A stretch of 64,000 nucleotides of DNA from Lachnospiraceae bacterium (GTDB lineage: Bacteria > Bacillota > Clostridia > Lachnospirales > Lachnospiraceae), in the NCBI GenBank assembly GCA_045616465.1, contig JAZLGW010000016.1, positions 14,900 to 78,899 on the forward strand. The letters are read 5' to 3'. Shown here in pieces: positions 7,752 to 18,682 of this stretch. Below the pieces are notes generated by a model, which ran no database searches, was not told where the DNA came from, and saw only the letters and a program-made list of their open reading frames with translations. Positions within the stretch are counted from its first letter, which is position 1. Each line of letters opens with the position of its first letter. Made by a program: the position numbers and the translations under genes.

Positions 7752-8150
7752 ATGGCTAAAGGACATAGATCTCAAATTAAAAGAGAGAGAAATGCAAATA
7801 ACAGAGATACAAGACCCTCCGCAAAGTTATCTTATGCAAGGGTTTCCGTACAGAAAGCATGCTTCGTATTAGATGCTATCCGCGGTAAGGATGTAACCAC
7901 CGCAAAGGCTATTCTGGAGTACAATCCCAGATATGCATCTTCCATTATCAAGAAGCTTCTTGATTCTGCGATTGCAAATGCTGAAAACAATAACGGTATG
8001 AATCCGGAAAATCTTTACATTGCAGAGTGCTTTGCAAACAAGGGACCTACAATGAAGAGAGTTCATCCTAGAGCACAGGGTAGAGCTTACAGAATCGAAA
8101 AGAGAATGAGCCACATCAGCATTGTTCTGGATGAGAAAGGAGCTAAGTAA
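7752..8150 (+). CDS. rplV: 50S ribosomal protein L22
   Basis: 132 aa; L22-like sequence in the conserved operon position. Confidence 0.93.
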   Translation: MAKGHRSQIKRERNANNRDTRPSAKLSYARVSVQKACFVLDAIRGKDVTTAKAILEYNPRYASSIIKKLLDSAIANAENNNGMNPENLYIAECFANKGPTMKRVHPRAQGRAYRIEKRMSHISIVLDEKGAK

Positions 8151-8152
8151 TT

Positions 8153-8836
8153 ATGGGACAGAAAGTTAATCCTCACGGCCTCAGAGTCGGTGTAATCAGC
8201 GATTGGGATTCCAAGTGGTTTTCCGAGGATAAGTTCTCTGATTATCTTGTAGAAGATTACAACGTAAGAAAGTTCTTAAAGAAAAAGCTCTATGCAGCAG
8301 GTATCTCTAAGATCGAGATTCAGAGAAAAGCTGAGAAGCTTGAAGTTACCTTACATACCCAGAAGCCCGGTGTAGTAATCGGTAAGGGTGGTACTGGTAT
8401 CGAAGCACTTAAGAAAGAATTACAGAAGTATCTTGGCAGAAAAGAAGTTTCTGTAAATGTAGAAGAAGTTAAGAAGCCTGATGCTGACGCTCAGCTCGTT
8501 GCTGAGAACGTAGCACAGCAGCTTGAGAACCGTGTATCCTTCCGTCGTGCAGTACGTTCTTGCATGTCCAGAACCATGAAGAAGGACAACAAGGGCAACA
8601 CCTTAACTGGTGCTAAGGGTATCAAGATCAGCGTGTCTGGTCGTCTTGGCGGTGCTGATATGGCACGTACCGAGTCCTACAACGAGGGAACCATTCCTCT
8701 GCAGACCCTTCGTGCTGACATCAATTATGGTTTCGCTGAAGCAGATACTACCTACGGCAAGGTTGGCGTAAAGGTATGGATCTACAAGGGCGAAGTTCTC
8801 CCCACCAAGGGAAATAAGGAAGGGGGCGACAAATAA
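8153..8836 (+). CDS. rpsC: 30S ribosomal protein S3
   Basis: 227 aa; [11 protein letters not shown] and [16 protein letters not shown] motifs. Confidence 0.97.
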   Translation: MGQKVNPHGLRVGVISDWDSKWFSEDKFSDYLVEDYNVRKFLKKKLYAAGISKIEIQRKAEKLEVTLHTQKPGVVIGKGGTGIEALKKELQKYLGRKEVSVNVEEVKKPDADAQLVAENVAQQLENRVSFRRAVRSCMSRTMKKDNKGNTLTGAKGIKISVSGRLGGADMARTESYNEGTIPLQTLRADINYGFAEADTTYGKVGVKVWIYKGEVLPTKGNKEGGDK

Positions 8837-9273
8837 TGTTAATGCCTAAAAGAGTAAAGCGTCGTAAGCAGTTCCGTGGTACTATGACCGGTAAGGCAAT
8901 GCGCGGAAACACTATCTCCTACGGCGAATTTGGTATCGTAGCTACTGAGCCTTGCTGGATTAGAAGTAACCAGATCGAGGCTGCCCGTATCGCAATGACC
9001 CGTTACATTAAGCGTGGTGGTCGCGTATGGATTAAGATTTTCCCTGACAAGCCTGTTACCACCAAGCCTGCTGAAACTCGAATGGGTTCCGGTAAAGGAT
9101 CTTTGGAGTACTGGGTAGCAGTTGTTAAGCCCGGCCGTGTAATGTTTGAAATTGCTGGTGTAGCAGAAGAGGTAGCAAGAGAAGCACTTCGTCTTGCAAC
9201 TCACAAGCTTCCCTGCAAGTGCAAGATCGTTTCTAAAGCAGATCTGGAAGGCGGTGTAGCAAATGAAGAGTAA
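8836..9273 (+). CDS. rplP: 50S ribosomal protein L16
   Basis: 145 aa; [12 protein letters not shown]-terminus. Confidence 0.97.
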   Translation: MLMPKRVKRRKQFRGTMTGKAMRGNTISYGEFGIVATEPCWIRSNQIEAARIAMTRYIKRGGRVWIKIFPDKPVTTKPAETRMGSGKGSLEYWVAVVKPGRVMFEIAGVAEEVAREALRLATHKLPCKCKIVSKADLEGGVANEE

Positions 9274-9466
9274 TAAGTATGTAGAAGAACTGCAGGCAAA
9301 GTCCGAAGCTGAACTTACGCAGGAACTTACTGCAGCTAAGAAAGAACTTTTCGATCTTAGATTTCAGAATGCCACCAATCAGTTAGACAATAGTGCAAGA
9401 ATCACTGCTGTTCGTAAGAATATCGCTCGTATTCAGACAGTGATCAGCGCTAAGAAGAATGCGTAG
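9263..9466 (+). CDS. rpmC: 50S ribosomal protein L29
   Basis: 67 aa; ELFDLRFQ motif; overlaps the rplP end as usual. Confidence 0.93.
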   Translation: MKSNKYVEELQAKSEAELTQELTAAKKELFDLRFQNATNQLDNSARITAVRKNIARIQTVISAKKNA

Positions 9467-9492
9467 GCTAGGATCAGGAAAGGAGAAAAATC

Positions 9493-9750
9493 GTGGAAGA
9501 AAGAAACTTAAGAAAGTCACGTACCGGTAAGGTTGTCAGCGATAAGATGGACAAAACCATCGTAGTAGCTGTAGAGAACCACGTTAAGCATCCCCTTTAT
9601 GGTAAGATTGTAAAGAGAACTTACAAGTTAAAGGCACATGACCAGAATAATGAAGCACATATCGGCGATACTGTTAAGGTTGTAGAAACCAGACCTCTTT
9701 CCAAGGATAAGAGATGGAGACTTACTGAAATCGTTGAGAAGGCAAAGTAA
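9493..9750 (+). CDS. rpsQ: 30S ribosomal protein S17
   Basis: 85 aa; GTG start after GGAAAGGAG; [14 protein letters not shown] motif. Confidence 0.95.
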   Translation: MEERNLRKSRTGKVVSDKMDKTIVVAVENHVKHPLYGKIVKRTYKLKAHDQNNEAHIGDTVKVVETRPLSKDKRWRLTEIVEKAK

Positions 9751-9793
9751 TTTTTATCCATAAGAGCTTGGATAGAATTGGAAGGAGATTAGC

Positions 9794-10162
9794 ATGATAC
9801 AGCAAGAAAGCAGACTGAAAGTCGCTGACAATACTGGCGCAAAAGAGATCCTCTGTATCCGCGTTGTTGGTGGTTCTACCAGAAGATATGCTAACATCGG
9901 TGATGTGATTGTTGCCAGCGTTAAAGACGCAACACCCGGCGGCGTTGTAAAGAAGGGTGATGTAGTAAAGGCTGTTGTTGTTCGTTCCGTAAAGGGCGCT
10001 CGTCGTAAAGACGGTTCTTACATCAAGTTTGATGAGAACGCAGCAGTAATTATCAAGGATGACAAGACTCCTAAGGGAACTCGTATCTTTGGACCCGTTG
10101 CAAGAGAGCTTAGAGAGAAGCAGTTCATGAAGATCGTTTCTCTTGCTCCCGAAGTATTATAA
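9794..10162 (+). CDS. rplN: 50S ribosomal protein L14
   Basis: 122 aa; [19 protein letters not shown]-terminus. Confidence 0.97.
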   Translation: MIQQESRLKVADNTGAKEILCIRVVGGSTRRYANIGDVIVASVKDATPGGVVKKGDVVKAVVVRSVKGARRKDGSYIKFDENAAVIIKDDKTPKGTRIFGPVARELREKQFMKIVSLAPEVL

Positions 10163-10175
10163 GGAGGATATCATC

Positions 10176-10490
10176 ATGATGAAGATTAAGAAGGGTGATA
10201 CCGTAAGAGTAATCGCTGGTGATACTGCAAAGGGTAAGGGTAAGGATGCAAAGGTTATTTCTGTTGACGCAAAGAACGGTAAGGTTATCGTTGAAGGCGT
10301 AAACATGATTAAGAAGCATGAGAAGCCCTCCGCTGCAAACCAGAACGGCGGTATCGTTGAAAAAGAGGCACCCATTTCTATTTCTAACGTAATGCTTATC
10401 CACAAGGGTGAGCCTACCAGAGTTGGCTTCAAAGAAGTGGACGGTAAGAAGGTACGTTACGCTAAGAAAAATGGCGATGTAATTGATTAA
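10176..10490 (+). CDS. rplX: 50S ribosomal protein L24
   Basis: The ORF track begins at 10143 inside rplN, but an AAGGAGG SD precedes ATG 10176. [18 protein letters not shown] motif. Confidence 0.93.
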   Translation: MMKIKKGDTVRVIAGDTAKGKGKDAKVISVDAKNGKVIVEGVNMIKKHEKPSAANQNGGIVEKEAPISISNVMLIHKGEPTRVGFKEVDGKKVRYAKKNGDVID

Positions 10491-10513
10491 TTCTTGGGAA
10501 GGAGATTAAAACA

Positions 10514-11053
10514 GTGAGCAGACTGAAAGATATGTATAATAGCGAAATCAAAGACGCTATGGTCAAGAAGTTTGGTTACAAGAATGTCATGGAGATTCCC
10601 AAGATTGACAAGATTGTACTGAACATGGGCGTTGGTGAAGCAAAAGACAATGCAAAGGTTTTAGAAGCAGCTGTAGCTGATATGGAAACCATTACTGGTC
10701 AGAAGGCAGTAATCACCAAGGCAAAGAATTCCGTTGCAAACTTCAAGATCCGTGAAGGTCTTGGAATCGGTTGCAAGACCACCTTACGTGGCGAGAAAAT
10801 GTATGAGTTCCTTGATCGTCTTGTGAACTTAGCACTTCCTCGAGTTCGTGACTTCCGTGGTGTTAATCCTAACGCTTTCGATGGCAGAGGAAACTACGCT
10901 CTTGGTATTAAGGAGCAGATCATCTTCCCTGAAATCGAATACGATAAGGTTGACAAGGTTCGTGGTATGGACGTTATCATCGTTACTACCGCTAAGACCG
11001 ATGAGGAAGCAAGAGAGTTACTTAGATTATTCAACATGCCTTTCGCAAAGTAA
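10514..11053 (+). CDS. rplE: 50S ribosomal protein L5
   Basis: 179 aa; GTG start after GGAAGGAG; [20 protein letters not shown] motif. Confidence 0.96.
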   Translation: MSRLKDMYNSEIKDAMVKKFGYKNVMEIPKIDKIVLNMGVGEAKDNAKVLEAAVADMETITGQKAVITKAKNSVANFKIREGLGIGCKTTLRGEKMYEFLDRLVNLALPRVRDFRGVNPNAFDGRGNYALGIKEQIIFPEIEYDKVDKVRGMDVIIVTTAKTDEEARELLRLFNMPFAK

Positions 11054-11088
11054 TTTGTGACGGCAAAGCTTAGAAGGAGGAAGTTTTC

Positions 11089-11274
11089 ATGGCTAAGACA
11101 GCAATGAAGATTAAACAGCAGCGGAAACCCAAGTTTTCAACCAGAGCTTATACTCGTTGCAAACTTTGTGGTCGCCCTCACTCTGTATTAAAGAAGTACG
11201 GAATCTGCAGAATCTGCTTCCGTGAGCTTGCATACAAGGGCGAAATTCCTGGTGTGAAGAAAGCAAGCTGGTAA
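11089..11274 (+). CDS. rpsZ: 30S ribosomal protein S14, zinc-binding type Z
   Basis: 61 aa with CKLC..CRIC zinc motif; between rplE and rpsH. Confidence 0.95.
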   Translation: MAKTAMKIKQQRKPKFSTRAYTRCKLCGRPHSVLKKYGICRICFRELAYKGEIPGVKKASW

Positions 11275-11306
11275 ACAGCTTTTAGACTTAAAGGAGGTCA
11301 AGACAA

Positions 11307-11708
11307 ATGACAGTTAGTGATCCTATTGCAGATATGCTTACTAGAATCCGTAATGCAAATACTGCAAAGCATGATACAGTTGATGTTCCCTCTTCCAAGA
11401 TGAAGTTAGCAATCGCTAAGATCTTATTGGACGAAGGTTACATTAAGAAGTATGACCTGGTAGAAGATGGTAACTTCCAGACCATTCGCATCACCTTAAA
11501 GTATGGTGAGGATAAGAATGAGAAGATCATCACCGGTATTAAGAGAATCAGTAAGCCTGGTCTTCGTGTATACGCAGGCAGAGAGGATCTTCCCAAGGTT
11601 CTCGGCGGTCTCGGTATCGCAATTATCTCTACCAACCAGGGCGTAATCACTGATAAGGAAGCTAGAAAGCTTAATGTCGGCGGCGAAGTTCTTGCATTCG
11701 TTTGGTAG
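11307..11708 (+). CDS. rpsH: 30S ribosomal protein S8
   Basis: 133 aa; [13 protein letters not shown] motif. Confidence 0.97.
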   Translation: MTVSDPIADMLTRIRNANTAKHDTVDVPSSKMKLAIAKILLDEGYIKKYDLVEDGNFQTIRITLKYGEDKNEKIITGIKRISKPGLRVYAGREDLPKVLGGLGIAIISTNQGVITDKEARKLNVGGEVLAFVW

Positions 11709-11744
11709 TTAGACAGTTTTACTTAATTTATAGGAGGTACGGGC

Positions 11745-12287
11745 ATGTCACGTATAGGAAGAATGCCAATCGCGATTCCTGCTGGTGTAACAGTAGAAGT
11801 TGCAGAAAATAATAAAGTGACTGTAAAGGGACCCAAGGGAACTCTTGAAAGAGTATTACCCGAGGAAATGGAAATCAAGGTTGAGGGTGCAGAAGTAGTT
11901 GTTACCCGTCCCAATGATTTAAAGAAAATGAAATCCCTTCACGGTTTGACCAGAACTCTGATTAACAACATGGTTGTTGGTGTAACAAACGGCTATGAGA
12001 AGAAGCTTGAGATTAATGGTGTAGGTTACAGAGCAGCAAAGGCTGGAAAGAATCTTACCTTATCCCTTGGTTATTCTCACCCCGTTGAGATGGTAGATCC
12101 TGAAGGCATCGAAACCGTTCTTGATGGTCAGAACATCATCATCGTTAAGGGTATCGATAAAGAAAAGGTTGGCCAGTTTGCAGCTGAAATCAGAGACAAG
12201 AGACGTCCTGAGCCTTATAAGGGTAAGGGTATCAAGTATGCTGATGAAGTAATCAGACGCAAAGTCGGTAAGACCGGTAAGAAATAA
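11745..12287 (+). CDS. rplF: 50S ribosomal protein L6
   Basis: 180 aa; [10 protein letters not shown]-terminus; operon position. Confidence 0.96.
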   Translation: MSRIGRMPIAIPAGVTVEVAENNKVTVKGPKGTLERVLPEEMEIKVEGAEVVVTRPNDLKKMKSLHGLTRTLINNMVVGVTNGYEKKLEINGVGYRAAKAGKNLTLSLGYSHPVEMVDPEGIETVLDGQNIIIVKGIDKEKVGQFAAEIRDKRRPEPYKGKGIKYADEVIRRKVGKTGKK

Positions 12288-12306
12288 ATAAGGAGGGCGA
12301 AAACAA

Positions 12307-12669
12307 ATGGTTAGCAAAGATTCCAAACAGGAAATTCGTGTAAAAAAGCACATGAGAATACGTAACCGTTTAAGCGGTACAGCGGAAAGACCTCGTTTAG
12401 CAGTTTTCCGTAGCAATAATCATATGTATGCTCAAATTATTGACGACGTTGCCGGTACTACCTTAGTTGCAGCTTCCACTCTTGAGAAGGACTGCAAATT
12501 AGAGAAGACCAACGACACCGAAGCAGCAGCATATGTAGGCACTTTAGTTGCAAAGCGTGCACTTGACAAGGGTATCAAGACCGTTGTCTTTGACCGTGGT
12601 GGTTATATTTACCAGGGTAAGGTTGCAGCTCTTGCTGACGCAGCTAGAGAAGCTGGATTAGAATTATAG
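12307..12669 (+). CDS. rplR: 50S ribosomal protein L18
   Basis: 120 aa; [18 protein letters not shown] and [12 protein letters not shown] motifs. Confidence 0.96.
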   Translation: MVSKDSKQEIRVKKHMRIRNRLSGTAERPRLAVFRSNNHMYAQIIDDVAGTTLVAASTLEKDCKLEKTNDTEAAAYVGTLVAKRALDKGIKTVVFDRGGYIYQGKVAALADAAREAGLEL

Positions 12670-12685
12670 GAAAGGACACAAACAT

Positions 12686-13192
12686 ATGAGACAAATCATT
12701 GATGCAAGTGGACTTGAACTGAATGATAAGGTTGTTGCTTTAAAGCGTGTTACCAAGACTGTTAAGGGTGGTCGTAATATGCGTTTTACCGCACTTGTAG
12801 TAGTTGGTGACGGCAATGGTCATGTAGGTGCAGGTCTTGGAAAGGCAAAGGAAATTCCCGATGCAATTCGTAAGGGCAAGGAAGATGCTATGAAGCACTT
12901 AGTATCCGTAGCTATGGATGATAACAACTCTATCTCCCATGACTTCGTTGGTAACTATGGTTCTGCATCCGTTCTCTTAAAGAGAGCACCTGGCGGTACT
13001 GGTGTTATCGCTGGTGGTCCTGCACGTATCGTGTGTGACCTTGCTGGTATCAAAAATATTCGTACCAAATCTTTAGGCTCTAACAACAAGCAGAACGTAG
13101 TTCTTGCAACAATCGCTGGTCTTAGCCAGGTTAAGAGCCCTGAAGAAATAGCTGCTAAGCGTGGTAAGGATGTTGCCACCATTAGAGCATAG
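12686..13192 (+). CDS. rpsE: 30S ribosomal protein S5
   Basis: 168 aa; VTKTVKGGRNMRFTALVVVGDGNGHVG motif. Confidence 0.97.
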   Translation: MRQIIDASGLELNDKVVALKRVTKTVKGGRNMRFTALVVVGDGNGHVGAGLGKAKEIPDAIRKGKEDAMKHLVSVAMDDNNSISHDFVGNYGSASVLLKRAPGGTGVIAGGPARIVCDLAGIKNIRTKSLGSNNKQNVVLATIAGLSQVKSPEEIAAKRGKDVATIRA

Positions 13193-13206
13193 GAAGGAGA
13201 CTTATT

Positions 13207-13392
13207 ATGGCAGAGAAAATGTTAAAAGTTACTTTGGTAAAGTCTCCCATCGGTGCCGTTCCCAAGCACAGAAGAACGGTTGAGGCTATGGGTCTTACCA
13301 AGATGCACAAGACGGTTACTTTACCCGACAACGCAGCAACCAAGGGACAGCTTCAGCAGGTAGGCTATCTCGTAAAGGTTGAGGAAGCATAA
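13207..13392 (+). CDS. rpmD: 50S ribosomal protein L30
   Basis: 61 aa; [11 protein letters not shown] motif; operon position. Confidence 0.93.
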   Translation: MAEKMLKVTLVKSPIGAVPKHRRTVEAMGLTKMHKTVTLPDNAATKGQLQQVGYLVKVEEA

Positions 13393-13405
13393 GGAGGACA
13401 TCACA

Positions 13406-13846
13406 GTGGAATTATCTAATTTAAGACCCGCTGAGGGTTCCAAGCACAGCGACAACTTCAGACGTGGCCGTGGTCATGGATCAGGTAACGGAAAGACCGC
13501 TGGTAAGGGTCACAAAGGTCAGAAGGCTCGTTCTGGAGCACCTAGAATTGGTTTCGAAGGTGGTCAGATGCCTTTATACAGACGTATTCCTAAGAGAGGC
13601 TTCAAGAGCCGTGGTACTCAGGAAATCATCGCAATCAATGTTAGCCGTTTAGAAGTATTCGAAGCAGGTGCAACTGTAACGGTTGAAGCTATGATGGAAA
13701 AGGGTATCATCACCAATCCTAAGGATGGCGTTAAGATCCTTGGTAATGGTGAACTCACCAAGAAGTTAACTGTACAGGCTAATGCATTTAGTGCTACCGC
13801 CAAAGAGAAGATCGAAAAGGCTGGAGGCACCGCTGAGGTGGTTTAA
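13406..13846 (+). CDS. rplO: 50S ribosomal protein L15
   Basis: GTG 13406 follows an AAGGAGG SD, and the ORF-track start 13379 lies inside rpm[37 protein letters not shown] motif. Confidence 0.93.
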   Translation: MELSNLRPAEGSKHSDNFRRGRGHGSGNGKTAGKGHKGQKARSGAPRIGFEGGQMPLYRRIPKRGFKSRGTQEIIAINVSRLEVFEAGATVTVEAMMEKGIITNPKDGVKILGNGELTKKLTVQANAFSATAKEKIEKAGGTAEVV

Positions 13847-15189
13847 TGATTAAGTCATTCGTAAATGCTTTTAAAGTCAAGGAAGTTAGACTCAAACTGT
13901 TATTTACATTTGCAATGCTTGTAGTCATCCGAATCGGCTGTCAGTTACCGGTTCCGGGTATCAATCTGGATTATTTTAAACAGTGGTATGAAAGTCTTCA
14001 AGGCGATAGTGGTAATGCGCTGAACTTCGTGGATATGTTTACCGGTGGTTCATTCACAAACGCATCCATCTTCGCTTTGAACATCACACCATATATTACA
14101 TCTTCCATCGTTATGCAGCTTCTTACGATTGCGATTCCCAAACTTGAGGAGTTGCAGAAGGAGCGAGATGGACAGAAGGTTATTGCATCCATCACCCGTT
14201 ATGTAACGGTTGGACTTGCGTTAATGGAATCAACGGTTATGGCGATCAGTTTCAAGAACACGCCTAACATGCTGAATGCGAACATTCCCAGCGGCCTTGC
14301 GGTTGTATCTATGATCGTATCCTTAACAGCAGGTAGTGCATTCCTGATGTGGGTTGGTGAACAAATCAACGAAAAGGGTATTGGTAATGGTATTTCCATC
14401 GTATTGGTAATCAATATCATTTCCCGTATTCCTTCAGATATCTACAAGCTTTACACGCAGTTTATAACTCCTGCGATTGAGAAAGATAGTATTGGTAAGG
14501 CAGTTCTTTACGGACTCATTATCATAGCAGTAATTTTGCTTACCGTTGTACTAGTTGTATTGTTAAATGGTGGTCTTCGCAAGATTCCCGTACAGTACGC
14601 TAAGAAGGTACAGGGCAATCGTATGATTGGCGGTAACAATTCCCATATTCCTATGCGAATCAATACGGCAGGTGTTATGCCTATTATCTTCGCTTCATCA
14701 CTTATGCAGTTCCCCGTAGTTATTTGTTCTATGATGGGAAAAGGACAGGGTGAAGGAATTGGTGCTAAAATCTTAAAAGCGCTTCAGACAAGCAACTGGT
14801 TTAACAAAGATGAGCCAGTATACACCTGGGGCTTACTACTATACGTAGTGTTGGTTGTATTCTTTGCATACTTCTATACATCGATTACAATCAATCCGAT
14901 TATGATTTCGGATAACATGAAAAAGGGTGGCGGTTTTATTCCTGGTATTCGTCCTGGAAAGCCGACAACTGAGTATCTGACAAATGTACTGAATTACATT
15001 ATCTTTATGGGTGCAGTTGGGCTCATCGTCGTAGCTGTAATCCCCATCCTGTTTAGTGGATTGTTCGGTGCATCCGTTTCCTTCGGTGGAACCAGTTTGA
15101 TCATTATCGTTTCTGTAGTTCTTGAGACGGTTAAGCAGGCTGAGTCCATGATGCTGGAGAGAAACTACAAAGGCTTTTTAAATAGCTAA
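13846..15189 (+). CDS. secY: preprotein translocase subunit SecY
   Basis: 447 aa; polytopic; conserved position after rplO; GISIVLVINIIS and GGFIPGIRPGKPT motifs. Confidence 0.97.
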   Translation: MIKSFVNAFKVKEVRLKLLFTFAMLVVIRIGCQLPVPGINLDYFKQWYESLQGDSGNALNFVDMFTGGSFTNASIFALNITPYITSSIVMQLLTIAIPKLEELQKERDGQKVIASITRYVTVGLALMESTVMAISFKNTPNMLNANIPSGLAVVSMIVSLTAGSAFLMWVGEQINEKGIGNGISIVLVINIISRIPSDIYKLYTQFITPAIEKDSIGKAVLYGLIIIAVILLTVVLVVLLNGGLRKIPVQYAKKVQGNRMIGGNNSHIPMRINTAGVMPIIFASSLMQFPVVICSMMGKGQGEGIGAKILKALQTSNWFNKDEPVYTWGLLLYVVLVVFFAYFYTSITINPIMISDNMKKGGGFIPGIRPGKPTTEYLTNVLNYIIFMGAVGLIVVAVIPILFSGLFGASVSFGGTSLIIIVSVVLETVKQAESMMLERNYKGFLNS

Positions 15190-15197
15190 AACAATTT

Positions 15198-15229
15198 AGT
15201 ACACTACGCTATTAAAGGCGTAGTGTGCT
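15198..15229 (+). terminator. 12-bp stem hairpin between secY and adk (probable partial terminator or processing/stability element)
   Basis: AGTACACTACGC-loop-GCGTAGTGTGCT, followed by a weak T-rich stretch (ttactgttt). Confidence 0.4.
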
Positions 15230-15316
15230 TTACTGTTTAAGATGTGTGAAAATTACTGGCAGACAATTGGCCAGAGCAAATAAATTGGAATCAGAAATAG
15301 AAAGGAACGACGCATT

Positions 15317-15958
15317 ATGAAGATTGTTATGCTTGGCGCACCTGGCGCAGGTAAGGGAACACAGGCAAAGATGATTGCAGAGCAGTATCAGATTCCCCAC
15401 GTATCCACAGGAGATATTTTTAGAGCAAATATTAAGAATGGTACCGATCTTGGTAAAGAAGCAAAATCCTACATGGACAAGGGTGAACTTGTACCCGATG
15501 AACTTACTGTAAGAATCCTTCTTGACAGAGTGGCACAGGCTGACTGCAAAAATGGATATGTTTTAGATGGTTTCCCTCGTACTATTCCCCAGGCAAACGT
15601 TTTAGATGCAGAACTTACAAAGCTTGGCGACAAGATTGATTTTGCAATTAATGTAGAAGTTCCTGATGAAAATATTGTAAAGCGTATGAGTGGACGTCGT
15701 GCATGCGTAGCATGTGGTGCAACCTATCACATCGAGCACGTTCCTCCTAAGAAGGAAGGCATCTGCGATAAGTGCGGCGAAGCATTAATTCTTCGTGATG
15801 ATGATAAGGAAGAGACTGTAAAGAATCGTCTGAACGTATATCATGAAATGACTCAGCCCCTCATCGACTTCTATAATGGTAAGGGCGTTCTTAAAGAAGT
15901 TGACGGAACGGTTGATCCTTCCGTTGTATTTGAGAACATCAAGAAAATTCTTGGCTAA
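15317..15958 (+). CDS. adk: adenylate kinase (zinc-lid type)
   Basis: 213 aa; GAPGAGKGTQA P-loop; CVACG..CDKCG lid. Confidence 0.97.
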   Translation: MKIVMLGAPGAGKGTQAKMIAEQYQIPHVSTGDIFRANIKNGTDLGKEAKSYMDKGELVPDELTVRILLDRVAQADCKNGYVLDGFPRTIPQANVLDAELTKLGDKIDFAINVEVPDENIVKRMSGRRACVACGATYHIEHVPPKKEGICDKCGEALILRDDDKEETVKNRLNVYHEMTQPLIDFYNGKGVLKEVDGTVDPSVVFENIKKILG

Positions 15959-15979
15959 TAGTAGCAGAAAGAAGATAGC

Positions 15980-16735
15980 ATGTCTATTACGATTAAAACC
16001 ACGAGAGAGATTGACCTAATGCGTCAGGCAGGAAAACTGCTTGCAAAGGTCCACGATGAGCTGGGACAGTTCATTCGCCCAGGAATCTCAACCAAGGATA
16101 TTGACGAATTAGGCGAGAAATTAATAAGAGGATATGGATGTATTCCGAACTTCTTACATTATAATGGGTTCCCTGCATCCATCTGTGTATCCGTTAATGA
16201 GGAAGTCGTACACGGTATTCCTACAAAAAGTCGTATTTTGCAGGAAGGCGATATCGTATCATTAGATGCAGGTCTGATTTATAAGGGCTACCACTCTGAT
16301 GCAGCAAGAACTTACGGCGTTGGTAAGATTAGTGCAGAGTGTCAGAAACTGATGGACGAAACAAAGAATTCCTTTTTCGCGGGAATTAAGGCAGCCAAAG
16401 ATGGTGGCAGATTGTATGACATCAGTAATGCGATTGCTTCTTATATCGATACCTTTGGATATGGCATCGTAAGAGATCTTGTGGGACATGGTATAGGAAC
16501 TGCGCTTCATGAGGATCCACAGATTCCCAATTATCATGTAGAAAAGAAAGGCCCGAAGTTACAGGCAGGTATGACATTAGCGGTTGAGCCTATGATCAAT
16601 ATGGGACGCGCAGATGTAAAGTGGCTGGATGATGACTGGACAGTAGTGGCAGCAGATGGACTTCCTTCTGCCCATTACGAAAATACCATTTTAATAACAG
16701 ATGGTGAACCAGAAATATTAACAATCGCTGATTAA
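15980..16735 (+). CDS. map: type I methionine aminopeptidase
   Basis: 251 aa; conserved metal ligands context (DIVSLDAG, GHGIG, LAVEPM, HYENT). Confidence 0.96.
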   Translation: MSITIKTTREIDLMRQAGKLLAKVHDELGQFIRPGISTKDIDELGEKLIRGYGCIPNFLHYNGFPASICVSVNEEVVHGIPTKSRILQEGDIVSLDAGLIYKGYHSDAARTYGVGKISAECQKLMDETKNSFFAGIKAAKDGGRLYDISNAIASYIDTFGYGIVRDLVGHGIGTALHEDPQIPNYHVEKKGPKLQAGMTLAVEPMINMGRADVKWLDDDWTVVAADGLPSAHYENTILITDGEPEILTIAD

Positions 16736-16748
16736 CATAGGAGTGAAA

Positions 16749-17027
16749 ATGATCTTAGCAGTATCAAAAGCAGGACATGATAAAGGAACCACCTATGTCA
16801 TCATAAAAGAGGAAGCAGATGGATATTATGTAGCGAATGGAAAGACCAAAAGCTTATCTGCTCCCAAAAAGAAAAACAAAAAACATTTGCAACTTGTTAA
16901 AAGTATTCCGAAGAACGAGGAACTGGAAAAACTGGTAGAGAAATTTGAAAAGGGACAACTCACCAGTGACCACGAGCTGAAAAGAATACTCACGATCTAC
17001 AACAGCAGGAGGGACGAGGATGTCTAA
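16749..17027 (+). CDS. KOW-domain small RNA-binding protein (conserved between map and infA in Clostridia)
   Basis: [19 protein letters not shown]..; ATG 16749 preferred over the ORF-track GTG 16743. Confidence 0.75.
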   Translation: MILAVSKAGHDKGTTYVIIKEEADGYYVANGKTKSLSAPKKKNKKHLQLVKSIPKNEELEKLVEKFEKGQLTSDHELKRILTIYNSRRDEDV

Positions 17028-17238
17028 AGCAGACGTTATCGAAATCGAAGGAACCGTTACAGAAAAGTTACCTAACACAATGTTCAGAGTACAGCTTGAA
17101 AATGGACACGAAGTATTAGCACATATTAGTGGAAAGCTTCGTCAGAATTTTATCAAGATTTTGCCTGGCGATAAGGTGACCATGGAACTCTCCCCTTACG
17201 ATTTATCCAAGGGAAGAATTATCTGGAGAGATAAGTAA
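17020..17238 (+). CDS. infA: translation initiation factor IF-1
   Basis: 72 aa; [35 protein letters not shown]. Confidence 0.97.
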   Translation: MSKADVIEIEGTVTEKLPNTMFRVQLENGHEVLAHISGKLRQNFIKILPGDKVTMELSPYDLSKGRIIWRDK

Positions 17239-17313
17239 GTCCCAACGTAGAAAAAAGCCTGAGTTTACATAACTTTCGGGCAAAAAATGAGTATGAATTT
17301 GCAGGAAAATTTC

Positions 17314-17342
17314 TTGCATTTACATAGCGCACATGCTACAAT
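17314..17342 (+). promoter_or_regulatory. internal sigma-A promoter ahead of rpmJ (alpha-operon promoter)
   Basis: TTGCAT-17 nt-(TGC)TACAAT read directly. Confidence 0.55.
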
Positions 17343-17377
17343 ATGAAACGGACTTTTTTTGAAAGGAGGGTTTAACG

Positions 17378-17491
17378 ATGAAAGTTAGATCATCAGTAAA
17401 ACCAATTTGCGAAAAGTGCAAAGTCATTAAGCGCAAGGGTAGAATCATGATTATCTGTGAGAATCCCAAGCACAAGCAGAGACAGGGTTAA
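17378..17491 (+). CDS. rpmJ: 50S ribosomal protein L36
   Basis: Below the ORF-track size cutoff. Own translation: [37 protein letters not shown]; GAAAGGAGGG SD. Confidence 0.95.
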   Translation: MKVRSSVKPICEKCKVIKRKGRIMIICENPKHKQRQG

Positions 17492-17818
17492 TCCTACTCT
17501 AACGAAGAAACGGCTGGAGTTCCGAGAAATGTTGCTGTATAAGCAGAAAAGGAACTCATCATCGATAAATGTGAGGTGTGGATGGTGACACCGGGCATTT
17601 ACGATTGATACCGGCTCTATATACGATGTATATGGGGAAGGGCAAAGCGAACGGGTAGTCCACCTGCTCGCCGGAGCAAGTAGCTGTATGCTCCCAGTCA
17701 ATTAGTAACTGTTAACGTGCGAATGATGACAATCCGTCATCGGCAGGCTTTCTGAAAACGACCATTAAATATAGAAGAAAGCTGGCACACCACAAATGTA
17801 ACCAAAAGGAGAAAGAAA
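17492..17818 (+). promoter_or_regulatory. unusually long (327 nt), hairpin-rich rpmJ-rpsM spacer; candidate ribosomal-protein leader or structured RNA
   Basis: At least six stems read by eye (e.g. GAGTTCC/GGAACTC 17517..17557, GGAGCA/TGCTCC 17673..17694, GATGAC/GTCATC 17725..17741, bulged 9-bp stem 17744..17784). No credible ORF. Confidence 0.4.
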
Positions 17819-18190
17819 ATGGCTCGTATTTCAGGTGTTGATTTACCTAGAGACAAGCGTGTAGAGATCGGCCTTACCTATATTTATGGTATCGGTCGTC
17901 AGACTGCTACAAAGATTTTAGCAGAAGCTAAGGTTAATCCTGATACCAGATGTCGTGATTTAACAGATGACGAAGTTAAGGTTATCAGCGAAGCAATCGA
18001 AAAGTTAAATATCATGGTAGAAGGTGACCTTCGCCGTGAGACCGCTCTTAACATTAAGAGATTACAGGAAATCGGATGCTATCGTGGTACCCGTCACAGA
18101 AAGGGTCTTACCGTTCGTGGTCAGAAGACAAAGACCAATGCTCGTACCAGAAAGGGTCCCAAGAAGACCGTAGCTGGAAAGAAGAAGTAA
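17819..18190 (+). CDS. rpsM: 30S ribosomal protein S13
   Basis: 123 aa; [26 protein letters not shown]. Confidence 0.97.
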   Translation: MARISGVDLPRDKRVEIGLTYIYGIGRQTATKILAEAKVNPDTRCRDLTDDEVKVISEAIEKLNIMVEGDLRRETALNIKRLQEIGCYRGTRHRKGLTVRGQKTKTNARTRKGPKKTVAGKKK

Positions 18191-18251
18191 GTAGCTTAAT
18201 GTTTTGGAGTATTCCAAATTTTATTAATCAGAAAGTAGGTTAGTTTTAATT

Positions 18252-18659
18252 ATGGCAGCAGCAACTAAGAAAGCAGCAACAAAGAAAGTTACTAAGAAGC
18301 GTGTCAAGAAAAACGTTGAACATGGTCAGGCACATATCCAGGCATCTTTTAACAACACAATCGTAACGATTACGGATGATGCTGGAAACGCACTTAGCTG
18401 GGCTAGTGCAGGTGGTCTTGGATTCCGCGGTTCAAAGAAATCTACTCCTTATGCAGCACAGATGGCAGCTGAAACCGCAACCAAGGCAGCAACCGTCCAT
18501 GGCCTTAAGACAGTAGATGTATTTGTTAAGGGACCTGGTTCAGGACGTGAAGCAGCTATTCGTGCGCTTCAGGCTAATGGCCTTTATGTAGCAACCATTA
18601 CGGATGTTACACCCGTTCCTCACAATGGATGCCGTCCTCCTAAGAGACGTCGTGTGTAA
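18252..18659 (+). CDS. rpsK: 30S ribosomal protein S11
   Basis: 135 aa; [16 protein letters not shown] and STPYAAQ motifs. Confidence 0.97.
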   Translation: MAAATKKAATKKVTKKRVKKNVEHGQAHIQASFNNTIVTITDDAGNALSWASAGGLGFRGSKKSTPYAAQMAAETATKAATVHGLKTVDVFVKGPGSGREAAIRALQANGLYVATITDVTPVPHNGCRPPKRRRV

Positions 18660-18682
18660 TTTGTGAGAAAATATTTATAATA

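Noticed and set aside
5255-15189. Numerous 60-120-aa ORFs antisense to, or out of frame with, ribosomal protein genes and secY (e.g. 5349..5588, 6232..6537, 6967..7275, 8839..9204, 10125..10432, 12060..12416, 13618..13830, 14199..14420)
   Set aside because: They lie entirely within highly conserved genes on the other strand or frame. They lack SD sequences and have the low-complexity composition typical of shadow ORFs.
17393-17701. 102-aa minus-strand ORF in the rpmJ-rpsM region
   Set aside because: It is antisense to rpmJ, has no SD, and is explained by the GC-rich structured spacer.
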